Positions 1 through 13,052 are shown, numbered from the stretch's first letter. The stretch is DNA of 64,000 nt from Eukaryota sp. GEM-RC1 (GCA_040285855.1 JAUFOQ010000002.1:3410001-3474000); one strand, 5' to 3'. Notes: generated from the letters alone by a model not told the origin. Numbers and translations are program-made.

Positions 1-1230
1 ATGATGGATTTCACGACTGTTGCTGCTTGTAATTCAAGATCAATTTCCAAAATGTTTGATGGTGATTTTTCAGCTCTTGAAGTGGCTGAAAAAGGAAAAA
101 TACAAAGTAATCGATATCCATCAAGAACTTCTCTTCTTGAAAGTACTTGCAGCTTTTATCTTAATCTCCGTGGTGAAATAGGAAATCTTTCTCCTGAGTT
201 ATGGTCGTCTTGATTTCCTGTTGATATCAAAGAAATTCCATGTCGAAACATTTTGTCTTTAAAGTTTGCTTTAAAAAAGCTACAAAATCATTTATTAAAA
301 TATTTTGAAAGTTTAGACTTTACAGTCCGTCTTAGCTCGGCTAAGGAAAGAAATCCAGTTTTCGCTAATTTTTTAATTGATTTAAAGGAGAGTTCTGCCG
401 TGGCGTTAATTAATCAAATTCCACAAGTATATGGTTTATTATAAAATGATTATCAATGGACCACTACAATGAGCCTTCGATGTTATTTATGGCCATATAA
501 TTTGCCAAATGATCTTCAATGTAGGTGTGGAAAACAATTAACGTTTTCTCATCTGTTAAGTTGTAATCGCTACATAACTTATCGAACGTGTATGCATGAT
601 GCTGTAAGAGATTAAATACATGCTATGTGTAAGTCTTACAAAATTCAGTCATTTGTTGAACCACTTCTAAGATCTTTAGAACCAAGGTATAATTGTAATG
701 TCGAAAAACAGAACCAATTTTTTGGTAAACAGAGAGCAGATGTTGTTGTCCCTTCTTCTGCAGACAAATTGTTTGTTGTTGATGTTGTGTCAGTGGATGT
801 TTGTAAAAGACATCTTTAAAGAATGCTTATTCTGAAACTTCCCCTTTAGACATTTCTGAACAAGCCAAACAGGATAAGTACAGAAAACCATTGCTAGCTT
901 TAAAACATGTAAAACATGTTGAATACGAATTACGCCCCTTTGCCGTTTCAATTTACGGTCGTTTAGGAAAAGTGCAATGAATTTTTTAAACGATTTCGGA
1001 AAAATCGTAAAAAATAGGATGAACAAACGTTTTGATCATATGTTATGGTTGAATCGGATCGTTTTTACTGTTTTTAAAACAGTTCCCCTAATCATCTCCA
1101 AAGCTTTATTAGCAGTGAGTGCCTTTTATGAGGATAAAGCTGTTGTAAGGTTCGATAGCGACGGGTGTTGTTTTAATGATATCAAATTTTAGTTGTTTGA
1201 TCTATTACATTTATAATAAAATAAAAGTAA
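1..1230 (+). mobile_element. Decayed 3' part of an RLE-type (CRE-like) non-LTR retrotransposon (family A); first ~115 nt are a separate RLE fragment
   Basis: Broken frames give the zinc knuckle C-x-CG...HLLSC...MHDAVRD, the restriction-like endonuclease motifs RADVVV...VVDVVSVD...EQAKQDKY and P(F/L)AVSIYGRLG; A-rich tail at ~1212-1240; near-identical inverted copy at 60531-61180. Confidence 0.85.
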
Positions 1231-1239
1231 AGTTAAAAA

Positions 1240-1592
1240 AGGGATTGCTACTTCATTAACCATTTGAATGTTGACAGGTACATTTCTTTTGTGTTTCAAC
1301 CTTTTGCGATGTCGATATATGGTAATATTGGACCAGCTGCACAAGGTTATATAACTTCCTTTGGTAAATTGTGTTCTGAGTACGGTAAAGTTTTCAATGA
1401 AAATTTTTGGTTGAGTAGGTTACCGTTTGCGTTGTTTCGTTCAATGCGCAGATATTTTAATTCAATTTTAGGTAAGTTGTTCGGTGATGGACAGAACGAT
1501 CATAGTTTAGATGCTTTAGTTAGTGTCTGTTAGTTATTAACTTCTGCAAATGCATTTATTTCACTGATTGATCATAAACCCCGTTTTTTTAA
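1240..1592 (+). mobile_element. 3'-terminal fragment of another RLE non-LTR family
   Basis: FQPFAMSIYGNIG...F..RL.FALFR C-terminal motif; its 3' tail (TGCAAATGCATTTATTTCACTGATTGATCATAAACCCCG) recurs inverted at ~58635-58685. Confidence 0.7.
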
Positions 1593-2059
1593 ATATGTAC
1601 AATAAATATATCGGAAAATGTGATCATTGCAATAAATGTACTGGAAAATGTAGTGATTGTAAAAAAATAATTGCAATATATTGGAATATTTCGGGTAAAA
1701 TTTGGTCTGTGAAAATGTAGGAAATTGAGATGTTCTGCTGAAATTTACTGACTGCAAATCAATCACTAGAACATCAGAGCTTTTAGCCGGTTACCCTTTC
1801 AGATACTATGAGCCTCATAGTTCAATTCTAACGTATTTTCTCTCTCTCTTGAACGACGGATCAAGTCAGAGAGGTCACACATCGAATCCTATCCTTAAAT
1901 TGACCATAGTATCAGTTTCCATTGATCTCAGAACTTGCAATACACTGTTCTGTAAGTGTACCTTGCTTGAAGGGTTGACAAACCCACTTAAAGTCTTGCT
2001 CATTCTCATTCAGTACATGTAAGGTATTGTACAGTGTCATAAGATTGATTTTGTGAAGA

Positions 2060-2385
2060 GTATAAATTGTAATATATTCCAATCAAGCCATAGATGAAAT
2101 AAATTGCTTGTTGATCATTCAAGCTTCATCAGATAGATGTAATCCAAACACCTTAGGAATTTGAGAAATATATCCAGAAGGACCACTATTACAAAGGTCC
2201 ATTAAAAAAGCAGCGAACTCGGGACTATTAGTTGTAGCCACGCTAATACGATTAATAAAACCCAAGAGTTGAAACTTCTTAGTCAATTGATTTTGCAGTT
2301 TACAAACAGCAGATGGTAAAGATGAATCATTTTTTAATGGAGTGTCCTTTAAGTGAGCAGAGAACAATGATTCCCACATACCAGG
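2060..2385 (-). mobile_element. Non-LTR retrotransposon fragment (family B)
   Basis: MWESLFSAHLKDTP...NSPEFAAFLMDLCNSGPSGYISQIPKVFGLHLSDEA matches the copy at 45240-46920. Confidence 0.8.
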
Positions 2386-2553
2386 AACAAAGATGATACC
2401 AAAAAATCTTTTGTTTTTCCATAGCAAAGGGCATGAATTAGAGTAGATAATTGCCATTCGTATTTTATACTATACACTGAAAATGCAGTCAACTTGTATA
2501 TTCAATTATTTGACCCACCAATAGAAATTGCAACCAAAATACAAAAATATTTT

Positions 2554-2625
2554 CTCGGTCACGGGGAATCGAACCCCGGCCTCCCGCGTGACAGGCGGGG
2601 ATACTCACCACTATACTATGACCGA
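2554..2625 (-). tRNA. tRNA-Asp(GTC)
   Basis: Reverse complement TCGGTCATAGTATAGTGGTGAGTATCCCCGCCTGTCACGCGGGAGGCCGGGGTTCGATTCCCCGTGACCGAG folds as a cloverleaf; anticodon GTC; GTTCGA T-loop; T-run downstream. Confidence 0.97.
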
Positions 2626-2930
2626 TTCATGCTTTACGTCAAACCAACATTAGGAGGATACACTGAAGAATTTAAAAAATGGATACCGACTTTTTTCTGA
2701 TCACGTTAATGATACTTGTTAAACCAACATCTGGTTAATAAACTGATGGCTCTTAAACAGATGAAACAAGGTGACGGAAAATTATGTCCTTTTAGTGTAT
2801 CAACTTAGGAATTTTTTGTTCAGAAAAGGTTAAAGTTACACATGATTTCCAAAAAAATCGAACAATCGTAAGGATGATCAAACGCTTTGATAGTGTACTT
2901 AATATGATTGAATGGTATTGTTTTTACGTG

Positions 2931-3135
2931 TGTTTATTCGGTAACCAAAAAGAAACCTTTCAATCACAATATCAAATTACAACAATACTAAGACTGAATC
3001 CCAACGACTTCATCCGGTAAAAAGCTGCGATTTTCAACATTAACCTTCACACCAAACTTGTACAATTTTTCAATTAATCGAGAGAAATAGAACATCATAT
3101 TCCGATACATGGAAAACACTATACGGTTGTTCCGT
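2931..3135 (-). mobile_element. 3' end of family B non-LTR element (uninterrupted paralog of the Fanzor insertion site)
   Basis: Aligns by eye with 45244-45470 (TTTATTCGG...CTAAGACTGAATCC...CGGTAAAA...AACCTTCACACCAAACTTGTACAA). Confidence 0.8.
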
Positions 3136-3149
3136 TCAGCAAACGAGTA

Positions 3150-3817
3150 CATGTATCAATATGATGAAAAAGATTATTATTTGTGGGGTGTCTCAAGATC
3201 AAAGAAAAAATGCCCACTGGTCTGTGCTTTAACTCCTCTTTCTGTCATGGACACCTATTACCCCACTGAAGTAGGATCCACCCTCTCATTTGGGTTCTTT
3301 AACGTCACTTTAAATTTGGAACAAATTTTTGAAGACTGCAAAGCTGTTTGCAGATCTTTCACGTTGTCATCAAGCTTCAATTCAACTTCTTGCTCTGAGG
3401 CTCAACCCTCTTCTCCATGTACTTCTGGAGTATTAATTCTTTGTAATTCCTACGCTTCCACTGTACACCACTGCACACACTTACAATACCTGGACTGGTC
3501 CGATGGTGGTGTTCCAACTTCTCTTCAGTCGTGTGGCTCTTTCTTTCCCTAATTTCTGATCATTGGTGGTTTCAATAGCCAAGAAGAAGAAGATGCGTTT
3601 ATGGTTGACCTTCTTCCTGTTGTTGTTCATTGATATGTATTTTAAATTATTTAAATTTCTAACTTTAGTCTAGCAAAAAGTTGGAAGGACCGGCACTTTA
3701 ATTTGTCTACTTGAGATGCTCAAATTTAAGTTTTTAAACAAAATTTAAAGTTTATTTTTCTCTCCTCTCTAGACCCCCGAATGAAGAATCTTGTTCTTCC
3801 ACTTCACGGCCCCGGAC
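3150..3817 (+). pseudogene. Decayed classical protein tyrosine phosphatase, hit by a hAT insertion
   Basis: HLQYLDWSDGGVP (WPD-loop-like), PVVVH followed by a disrupted C, then VGRTGTL (P-loop remnant); contains stops and frameshifts. Confidence 0.65.
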
Positions 3818-4767
3818 TAGGGATGGTAATGGATTGGTTTGGTTTGGTTTTGGTTCTCAAAATTTGAACCAAACCAACCCAGAACCACACACGTCTAAAC
3901 CACACCAAACCAGCACCATAGACGTCTGAACCAAACCAGAACCACGAACCATATGGTTCTATTTATTTGTATCAATCGTTTTGGGTTTACTTGGAATAAT
4001 ACACTACACATTTTTTCTTCCATGTCTGATATACAATATTTTTCGAGAGAGGAACCTCAATCTCAACCTAAAGCTGAACCCCAACCTGAAGCTCCTCCAA
4101 CTTCTCCAACGAAGTATATCGTGTGGAACTACTTCTCGAATATTGGTAGCAAGGCAATATGCTCTTCATGCCTCCTTAAAATTGAAGATTAAAATCTCCC
4201 GAAATTAATAGATATCTTGCGGAGGAAATAATCGGACTGGACAAAGATCTATTGGAGTGGTGGTGCTCATCTAAAAATCGTTTTCCGTGGACTTTCCAAA
4301 ATTGAAAGGCACTTTTTGTAATTCAAGCCACATCTCTCCCTTGCGAACAACCGTTTTCTTTGGCGGGAATGTAATGTGACCAAATTACGTAATCGATTAA
4401 GAGAAAACTCGTGAAAATTGCGTAATCGAGTGTACAAGCCTTGATGACTCTGCGATCTTGTCTCAAAAACAACATTAAATGATAGCTGATATATTGTGAA
4501 AGCGTTAATAACTACTTTAGTATACATATATTAATAAAAATGAGGTTTCAAATACTTTTGTTCGTAGGTACTTTTAGGATGTTATGTAAGTAAAATTTAT
4601 GCTGAAGTCATCATGGTTCTGGTTTGGTTCTGGTTTGGTCCTGGTTTCTGCAGTTGGAACCAAACCAGAACCAAAACCATGATGGTTCCGGATTTTAGAA
4701 CCAAACCAAACCAAACCAATCCTATCCATTGGTTTAACCAGAACCATTAGTTTTTCTACCATCCCTA
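3818..4767 (+). mobile_element. Internally deleted non-autonomous hAT DNA transposon
   Basis: TIRs TAGGGATGGTA / TACCATCCCTA; perfect 8-bp TSD CCCCGGAC (3810-3817 and 4768-4775); subterminal GGTTT/AAACC/GAACC arrays; BED-finger remnant (VWNYF...AICSSC) and dimerisation-domain remnant (LLEWW...FPGLSK...IQATS...RNRL). Confidence 0.93.
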
Positions 4768-5249
4768 CCCCGGACCTCCATTCATTAACTGTTTCTTAGA
4801 TCAGCAGTTGTTTTGCTCATTACCCTTATTTGTTCTTAAAGGTTGCTCTATCCTTTCTCCAACAACTGATCTGATTCTTGGGTCTCCTCTGTCACAGTCT
4901 TATCCCGATTGTGGTTCGGTTTCTCTAACTCCGTGTATCTTAGCAAGTTGCCTTAAACTCCAACATTGGATGTGTGGAAAGGCCTAACGTCGCTTTAAAC
5001 CGTTCTCGGAACATTTTAGATGGCCGCTCAGTACAAGTTCTTTGTTTGTCCTTTGTGGAAATTGGCATTGTTCTTGAATCACATTTGGTACTCATTCTAT
5101 TTTGTCATAGACCATGTTTAATTTAATTGCCGCAAATTAAATCTTGTTTAAATTGAAAGTTTTAATATTGATTACTTTATCTTGGAAATGAGAAATTGTC
5201 GAGCTTTTTGTACGGTTGAATCGTTTGATCAGTACTGTTTTATTCACCA

Positions 5250-5783
5250 ATTGGATCAGCCTCACTGACCGAGCGTAACTGGTCTTGTTTGGATCTGCAA
5301 ATGGATAAAAGAAGATCCTCACAAAGTAATGAAACTCTGGATGCTTCACTAAATGTTCAGTTCAATCTTCCTCAGCTGGAAAAACAGGTTGATGGTTTTA
5401 CTGGAGTGGAGATGAGAGACATCCATGTAATGAAGAGGGAACAAGTTTTTATGATGGCAAGACAATGGTGTAATAGAAGGTCAGAAATAGACGAATATCT
5501 AAGAGACATGGATGCATTGCCGGACGGAATCGATATTGTAGAAGGATTGTCACTATCAGAAGAAGACGTTGAACTAGATCAAAGAGTTGTGGTTGTTCAT
5601 CCTTCACCTGAAAGACAAGAAGAAGATGAAGATCCTTTAGCGGAACTTGTTGATAACAACAGTAGTGATCTAATAATGAATTGTTTCTCCCCTGATGCTG
5701 GAAAGCCACGGCGTAAAAATAGATCACGTATTATGAAGATGAGAGAAGACGAAAATCTGTTAGAAAGTAGCATATTCCAATAA
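5250..5783 (+). mobile_element. hAT-like transposase C-terminal remnant
   Basis: In-frame upstream of the listed ORF: SASLTERNWSCLDLQMDKRRSSQSNETL, resembling the hAT dimerisation motif S..ERNWS......KRR; followed by an acidic tail. Confidence 0.55.
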
Positions 5784-6267
5784 TTTGAGCAACAAACAAC
5801 AAATAGTTATTGTTTTTAATAAATGAATTTTTATTACTTGTATTTTTGTATTTTTGTGTGTATTTTTGTATTTTTGTATTTTTCAAACACGTGTTGGTTG
5901 TATTTGACAGCTATGTTTATAAGGGTATAAACAAGGTTAATAAGCCATTACACTAACAAAAACTAGCTTTCGAAAGGAACTCTAGAACATCACAGACGCG
6001 TGGCACAAAGAGTGCCAAGTGGACTTGACTTGGACTTGGACTCGAGTCAACTTGGAGTTCGACTCAAGTCAAGTATTGCCCAACTCTATTATGAAGATAG
6101 GACTTTTGCAATTTGTGGCAGGTGCTTTTTTTTTGAATACAAATATATCAGATAAAAAAGCAGTCTTTAAATATGTTTACTGCACAAAAGTTGCCATTCA
6201 CACCTTTATGATAGTTTTTGTGGCAACAAATTTTTGCTTCAACCAAACAACCAAAAATATATACAGT

Positions 6268-8124
6268 ATGCTCCCATCTCTCTGGTTACAAACGCTCTCA
6301 GAGGCTGAGTCAAGGAAGATATCTGATGAAACCACCCTATCTCTCTCTTATTGTAATCTTGGTCCATCCCTATCATCTGACATCGAGTTCCCCGCCTATA
6401 ACTCCTTGCTGTCAGTTACTACCGCGTTCCTTGATCACTGCTCTATTTCTACAATTTCCCCCTCCTTTGAATTTCATCATCTCCAAGAACTGTTCCTTGA
6501 CTACAACTCTATAACAGTTATAGATGCTGCCCTACCATTGTTCAAACGAGTTGAATATCTTTCCCTCTGTGGCAATCGACTCTCCTCCATTTCAAACATA
6601 TGCTGTTTCCGTCATCTTCGAGTTCTTAAACTTGCGGACAATTCTTTCTCTTCTCTTTCATCTTTCTCTTCCACAACTGCTCAAGTAAATCGCACCCTCG
6701 AAGTATTGGTTCTGAGTTGCAACGACGTAAGTGATCTCACAGAATTACAGTCGCTTTCTTGTCTACAATATTTAAAAAATTTGGATCTGAGGGGCAATCC
6801 TGTTATGGAATGTCATGGTGGTAATTTTTCCAATTTTTCATCGTCGTTCCAACATTTAAAATTTTTCAACGGTTCTGCCACCAGTTCTGTGAGTGATTTT
6901 GCCAGTTACGACGACAACGAATCTGACGCCGTACTCACGGTTTCTTCTCCCTTTCGTCATCAATCAAATTTGATTGATAGAGTTTCTCCTTACAATAGCC
7001 CCGAGCTCCAATCAAATTTAATTGAAAGCGGTCAAATTTCAGATGGAGATGACTTCCAAGCAGATTTCATTGAACATACTGTCGAAGATTTCCACACGGA
7101 AACCTTGGACGTCATCAAAAATGATGAAGTAATAGATGCTGATGAATTTCAATCAGATTTGATTGAAGATACTACTACCAATATCAGTGATGATCCCAAT
7201 TTGAATGATCAAAACGATCAAAATTCAAATGCTGAGGAATTTCAATCAAATTTTATTGAAGATTTGATTGAAGATGACGGAGAAATGATGTGGAAGTCAA
7301 TGACTGATAATCAAAAACGTGATCTACTTCAAGTTTTTCTAAAACAGGAAGGTTTAGATGGAGTTGACGTTGTGAAAGCTATTAAATCCATCGAAAAAGA
7401 ATCCATCGATCTTGACGAAGACCTTTTGGAACCTTCCCCAGCTAAGCCTATGGCAGCTGCTCAGGCAGAACTTAAAGCGGTTGAAGAACTTAGTTTGCCG
7501 GAAATAGATTCCGATTTGGATTTTGAACATCTCGATGATGTATCGGGTTCTGAATCTGAAAATTCTAATATATTCGATCAAATTTCAAATTTTTCAGATT
7601 CTTCTTTAACAGACCTCGCTGAGCTAATTTCTGACGATTCTGATGATGACGTCATGGGTCCACTGAACGAGGGTCAAAATGAAGACTTTAATGGTCAAAA
7701 TGACAACGATGACATAGTTAATGATGCCGCTCAAAAAGATGGCATTACCGACGAACAAGCTCACATTGCCGCTCAAAAAGATGAAATTGTCGCTCAAAAA
7801 GATTCTGATAGGATTGGTCGACTTTTATCTTCGGCCAAGTCAATATATTCCTCAATTCAAAGCGAATCAAGCGAGCCTTTGTTGAATTCAGAAAAGAAAG
7901 AAGAAACTCAAACAAGTGTTGAAAATCAACCCCTGTCAGCCGTTGAAATAATTAAAAAAATTAAAAATGAACGTGCCAAAGCAAAACAGTATGGTACAGT
8001 CCCGCACTTTAGTTCAGAAATTTCAATGGATGCGTCAGTGCAGGACAGGATTTCACGAATAAGGAAGTTACAAGCAGCAATATTGGATTCTGCTACAATG
8101 AAAATGTCTCTGTCAGTTGATTAA
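6268..8124 (+). CDS. Leucine-rich repeat protein (SDS22/U2A'-like LRRs plus LRRcap) with long acidic tail
   Basis: LQELFLDYNSI, VEYLSLCGNRL, LRVLKLADNSF, LEVLVLSCNDV, LKNLDLRGNPV; first plausible ATG at 6268. Confidence 0.8.
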   Translation: MLPSLWLQTLSEAESRKISDETTLSLSYCNLGPSLSSDIEFPAYNSLLSVTTAFLDHCSISTISPSFEFHHLQELFLDYNSITVIDAALPLFKRVEYLSLCGNRLSSISNICCFRHLRVLKLADNSFSSLSSFSSTTAQVNRTLEVLVLSCNDVSDLTELQSLSCLQYLKNLDLRGNPVMECHGGNFSNFSSSFQHLKFFNGSATSSVSDFASYDDNESDAVLTVSSPFRHQSNLIDRVSPYNSPELQSNLIESGQISDGDDFQADFIEHTVEDFHTETLDVIKNDEVIDADEFQSDLIEDTTTNISDDPNLNDQNDQNSNAEEFQSNFIEDLIEDDGEMMWKSMTDNQKRDLLQVFLKQEGLDGVDVVKAIKSIEKESIDLDEDLLEPSPAKPMAAAQAELKAVEELSLPEIDSDLDFEHLDDVSGSESENSNIFDQISNFSDSSLTDLAELISDDSDDDVMGPLNEGQNEDFNGQNDNDDIVNDAAQKDGITDEQAHIAAQKDEIVAQKDSDRIGRLLSSAKSIYSSIQSESSEPLLNSEKKEETQTSVENQPLSAVEIIKKIKNERAKAKQYGTVPHFSSEISMDASVQDRISRIRKLQAAILDSATMKMSLSVD

Positions 8125-8492
8125 TGTGGTTAATATTTCATTGTTAATTTTTTTGATTGGTGAGCTTGTTTCCTTATTGATTGTCCTTGAAAATTTTTTG
8201 TATTTGTATCATGTTTTATAATTTTTGGAACTTTCACATAGTTCTCTCATTTTTTTCGGAAAAAATAATAGTATAAACAATATTTATAGTTTTCGTTTTC
8301 AATACTGTGAATTTCATATGAAATGCATAACCAACAAGTTTCTTCTGATATAGTAATTGATGGTAGCAAGCTTTGAATGAGAATGAGATTCCAAATGTAG
8401 GTATTTATCGACTACCTTGGTTTGATATCGGAGATTCAAAACATTATCATTTTTAAGATTTATTTGATCAAAAACCGCCCACAAAAAGAAAA

Positions 8493-9658
8493 TCAACTCA
8501 CAGATTGGTAAAATTTTAATCTCAACAATTGCTCTGGTCGATCAATTTTGTTGACTGACTGGCATACTGGACATTTAAACCTCCGACCGCCATCACGGCC
8601 TTGAGCTGCAATTCTTTCCAAAGTAAGTTCATTAATAACGTGACCACAGTTCAATAATACAGGTTTGTTTTGATCCGTCGCCTGTTCTCTAGATACCGGA
8701 CAAACAAAAACATTGTGTAAGGCAGCAACAGGTCCGAGATCAAACTCTACAGTTACTGGTTGGTTTTTAGTGAAGTCATCGTCATCAAGATTGATTGATT
8801 GTGCCCTTTGCCTCATTTCAATCAAGGAAGGTAATCCAGTGAGCCCAACATTGACCGTCATTTCAAGGTCTGATTGAGGTGACAGATTGCTTAACTGGCA
8901 ATACTCTCGGAAAAAAAGACTTTCAAGTTCTGATAGTCGATCGTTTGAGAACAAATAATCATAGGGACTCGTGACATTTGACAGAATGTAATTTCGATAA
9001 GCCAAAGCTCCAAAAAGCCTCTTAATATTTACAAAGAACTCTGAAATAAAAACAGAATTTTTTAAAAAGAAAGACCTTATGCATAACAATAGCTCAGAGT
9101 TACTCGCATTGGTACGAAGGAGATTGCAGAAGATCAGTGAGCCAAGAGATACTAATAGTAACTTTCCAGATTGGTGGTTCTCTAGGGCATTGAAATGCTG
9201 GTCTGACCAAGTTAGAAGGCTGTCAAAAGACCCCTTTCTAAGATCTGAAGTTATACTGTGAAGATTGGCAAAGGTCCCTTCCCAATTATCACCAGCAGGA
9301 GGGACAACATTGGCTTCAGATAGAAGGCTTTTAGCGACGGGAATATGACCTGTTCTCATTAAGTGGTCAGCCACAGCTGAATCAAGGAGTGTTGGATCTA
9401 AGCAATTGGAAAAGAAAGCTGTGAGACAGAGGAGGGAAAACAATCCTGAACTGAACGGTTTACTTTTGAAAGGAGAACATGTGTGTCTTTTTGGACTTGA
9501 GAGACTTTATGAAGATCATGACAACTTTGCTCTAAAGCACCAACATCATTGCAATTAGAAAGAGATTTGACTGTCTGTGATATTGTATCTGAAGCCTTTG
9601 TACCTGAAAGATGTTGTCGTTTGATAACTCTGGCCCAAGCTGATTGAAGAGCATCCAT
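8493..9658 (-). CDS. RMND5: GID/CTLH complex RING subunit RMND5/Gid2 (one homopolymer frameshift near 9410)
   Basis: LisH (AVADHLMRTG), CTLH/CRA region and C-terminal HNVFVCPVSREQ...NKPVLLNCGHVI...FKCPVC; ORFs 9398-9658 and 8493-9443 join if one T is added to TTTT. Confidence 0.88.
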
Positions 9659-9692
9659 TTTGTGAGGATTTCATAAGACAATTCTAGATTCG

Positions 9693-10271
9693 ATGAATTC
9701 AAAGCCTCTTAAACAGGCTATTGATCGTATATCTTTGTGTGAAGATATTGAACAGCTAACATCTACGTATCAAAGGTCTATCAATCTGCTATCTGAATGT
9801 CAATCTTTTGTTCATTCAGCTGAAGATCCAAATACACAAATAAAACTGCAGAAAGAAGTCGATTGCCTTTATACCGAACTTCGTGCATCCTATTTTAATC
9901 AAGTTAAGGCCTTGAATGTGTCTCTTCGAGGTGCTAGGAGGCGTCTTCTTCAGGATTCTCAACCAAAGTTACACAACAAGGACACTTTAAAGCATAACAT
10001 CCACAATGGTCTCCTTCGGACAAAGGAACGTGTTCAAGAAGAAATCGAAAGAACTAGTGAAAACATATCTATTCTGGATCAAACTGGTTCTCTCCTAGGA
10101 ACTGTTGTCAATGTACATCACCATATAAAGTCACTAATGCAAATGAGTAGAAATACTTTAAGACGAATGAAGCGTGAAGAACTGATTTCAAACATCATGT
10201 TTTATTTTGGACTGATTATATTTTTACTGGTTATTCTTAAAATAATATTGGTAAGAATATTTAGGGTATAA
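9693..10271 (+). CDS. SEC20: Sec20/BNIP1-like Qb-SNARE
   Basis: Coiled coil LLRTKERVQEEIERT...LDQTGSLL...SRNTLRRMKREE followed by a C-terminal TM helix. Confidence 0.7.
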   Translation: MNSKPLKQAIDRISLCEDIEQLTSTYQRSINLLSECQSFVHSAEDPNTQIKLQKEVDCLYTELRASYFNQVKALNVSLRGARRRLLQDSQPKLHNKDTLKHNIHNGLLRTKERVQEEIERTSENISILDQTGSLLGTVVNVHHHIKSLMQMSRNTLRRMKREELISNIMFYFGLIIFLLVILKIILVRIFRV

Positions 10272-10302
10272 ATAACTAAATGTTTTAAAAAATGCTAATA
10301 AA

Positions 10303-13052
10303 CTAAGATAAACTAGAGATTTTTGTGAAAACATTTTCCACTAAGCTCACATCGGAGAATCTGTCATCAATCAATTTTGATTGAACCAACTGATTGTCCG
10401 TTGAACTTAGTAGACACTGACTGAGCACACCATCCACAATATGGGAATTTTTAAATAACTTGGACATTTTGTCGAAATGTTTCTGCAAATAAGGGAGAGT
10501 GGAAATCAGAAATGGTCGAATATTTGGAAAATGTAACAATTCAAATCCAAATTTTTGAACAATTTCGGTCAAAAGTCGTGCCCCAACAGTTCTAGAGTAG
10601 TTCATTGCCATCCACTGGGAAATAAAACTCATTAATCTCTCTAATTCTGATTGTTGACTCTCATGTTCATGATTGACCTCAACTTCATCATTCATCTCGT
10701 CAGCAACAGTCATTACATTTGCCAACACGTCAACAGTTTCTTCGTTCTCTTGCTTTTTTGGGACGGAAAGAGAAGACACAAATGACTGTAGATCAGAATC
10801 ACTCATAAGTCGACAGGAAAAAGAAGACTTCTTCCAAAGTCAAGATCCATCGAATACTTTGCAGCTAGTAAATACTTTTTGTTCTTGAGTAGTAAATTCA
10901 GGTCATTCATTTGTTTAACTTCTATCTCCTTGTTTAGTTGATTTTGTTCAGCAACTTCAGACGAAATGTCATTATAAATGGAAATAAAACCAAGATCATT
11001 TCCAATAACGAAGACCGGAGTCTCAAAAATTCAGAATTTTTCAAAAAATCTAACGACCAAATTTTTGAAGTTCCATTATTAACTACCAAATCAACTGCTC
11101 CTGTTTTGATATTAAAGAACCGAAAGCAACCATCATTTCCAACCGCCATGATTTGATTGTGATTGAAGAATTTAGACTTAAAAACAGGACCAGGAAATCC
11201 CTGGAAAGTTCGAACAATTTCTAATTCAGGAAGTTTCCACAACTTAACCAATCCATCAGACCCTGATGTGACCACTGCCTTTTCAAATCTAGAGAATTCA
11301 CAAGACCATATACCTCTCTTATGAGCTTTTGCAACAGAAGTCAAAAGACTTCCATTGACTGCGTCTAAAGAACCAGATTTTTGTCCTGACCTCCAAAAAT
11401 TAAATATTTTCGATTGATTGATAAATCGAATGAGTTGATGTCTTTTGAGGATCCAAAATAAGTCCAATCAATTTTGATTGATGAAACACCATCAAAATCA
11501 GTAATTGTCCATTTCTTAATGATTCCGTCGGTACCAACAGTGAAAAGACTCATGGAATTTACTAATTTATCACCAGCAACGATTTTGACCAAACAAATTG
11601 ATGAACTCTCGACAAGGGGAAAACACTGGAGAAATTTTCAATTTCTTGGATTTTTCAATTTTCCAAATAACACACTGGCCATCTTTTCCAGCTGTCGCCA
11701 ACACTCCAATCAAATTTGATTGATTCAGTTGTAGAAAATCAAGCGAAAGAATCTGTCCTTGGTGAGATGTAAACGTATTTGATTTTTTGGCAATATTTAA
11801 ATTTTTACTGGACAATTCTAAAGCCCAAAGACGACTTGTTTGAGTAGCACAGAACATAAGAAATTTACCATCACTCATCTCCATCGTTTTAAGATCAATA
11901 ATATCTTCTGAATTACCAAGCCAAGAAGATTTTTGAGAAATTTTAAAACCAACATCGTTCTTTGATAATTTTGCCCGAGTAAACGTCATTTCATGATCAA
12001 CGGTCCAAAATTCGTGATCTTTTAACCCGGGCAACAACGCCACCAACGGCTGATTAGTAAATGAAAGGGAAGTTCCATAAAGGACTCCTTGAGATGGGGA
12101 TTCATAAGCATTAGGAAAGTACTCAAAATTGATTGCTTCCAAAGAAGAAGCTTCCAAATTCAACCTAACTAAATTGACCTTACCTTTTTGACCGGCAATC
12201 ACCACAATCAAATCGTCATCTAATTTAATGATTAATTGACTGGAAGGCATTTGAGATAAAGAGATCATAGAGATAGGAGAAACCTCTTCTCGTGTCAAAT
12301 GTTTGGCTTTTCCATTGTAAAAATCAGTTTCTAAAGAAAATAGACCAACAGTAGAGTCATGAGACGTGACAACTAGGAATTCTTTAGAATTCAAATGAAT
12401 CAAATCCAGACCAACTAATTTGCCGGTAAAAGAAGAATTTAAGAAAACTTTCTTGGTTAAGAGTGAACAAAACCCAAGTGATCCATTTTCAAAAGCGACA
12501 ACAACTGAGTAGACCCCTGACGAACAAAACTTAACTAACGTAGGAGGATGTGCAAGGTTGATGGAGTGGGTGAGGGCGGGGAAGCTCTGATATCGTAGAC
12601 AAGTAAAGTTCCATCGGAAGTAACAAGGGCAAGAAGGGACGACGTTGGGTCAAAGGACATAGACTTTATAGTGGATGACTTCTTTACAGGAGGACGGATT
12701 GGATCGGAGAAATTAGAATAAGAAAGAGAAGAAGTCTCTAGAGAGTCGTCAAAAGAATATTTGAAGAGACGAACTGTGTTGTTCACGTGAGCTATTGCGA
12801 AGAGATTATTAGCACCCGCAGCAATGGTGGATACATTTGAAGAATCAGAATTGAGAAGAATTGAAGACGGTAGGTGCGCAGAATCGACAATACGAATCTT
12901 GTCATTTTTGGATGTGAAGAAAAAGCGGCGGTCTGACGAGTAACAAAGAGAACCACCTGGGATTAATACAAAATGGACGAAATACCTTCCCAAAAAGGAG
13001 CTAGGACGGTTGTAAGAGATAGTGAGCTGACATCAGAACTGGGTGTAGTCAT
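10303..13052 (-). CDS. UTP13: WD40 SSU-processome subunit UTP13/TBL3 (29-nt intron 12957-12985; several homopolymer frameshifts)
   Basis: Spliced N-terminus APFWEGG (TBL3 PFYxGG-like); WD repeats GNSEDIIDL, SKDINSFD, AHKRGIWSCEFSRFEKAVVTSGSDGLVKLW; Utp13 C-terminal W.MNYSRT...LPYLQKHF. Confidence 0.88.

Noticed and set aside
2494..2700. Small ORFs overlapping tRNA genes (also 13159-13503)
   Set aside because: Chance frames across tRNA and retrotransposon sequence.
6019..6267. N-terminal extension of the LRR ORF
   Set aside because: GTG start in GACTTG/CAAGTC repeat-like sequence, probably a transposon-end remnant; the ATG at 6268 is more plausible.
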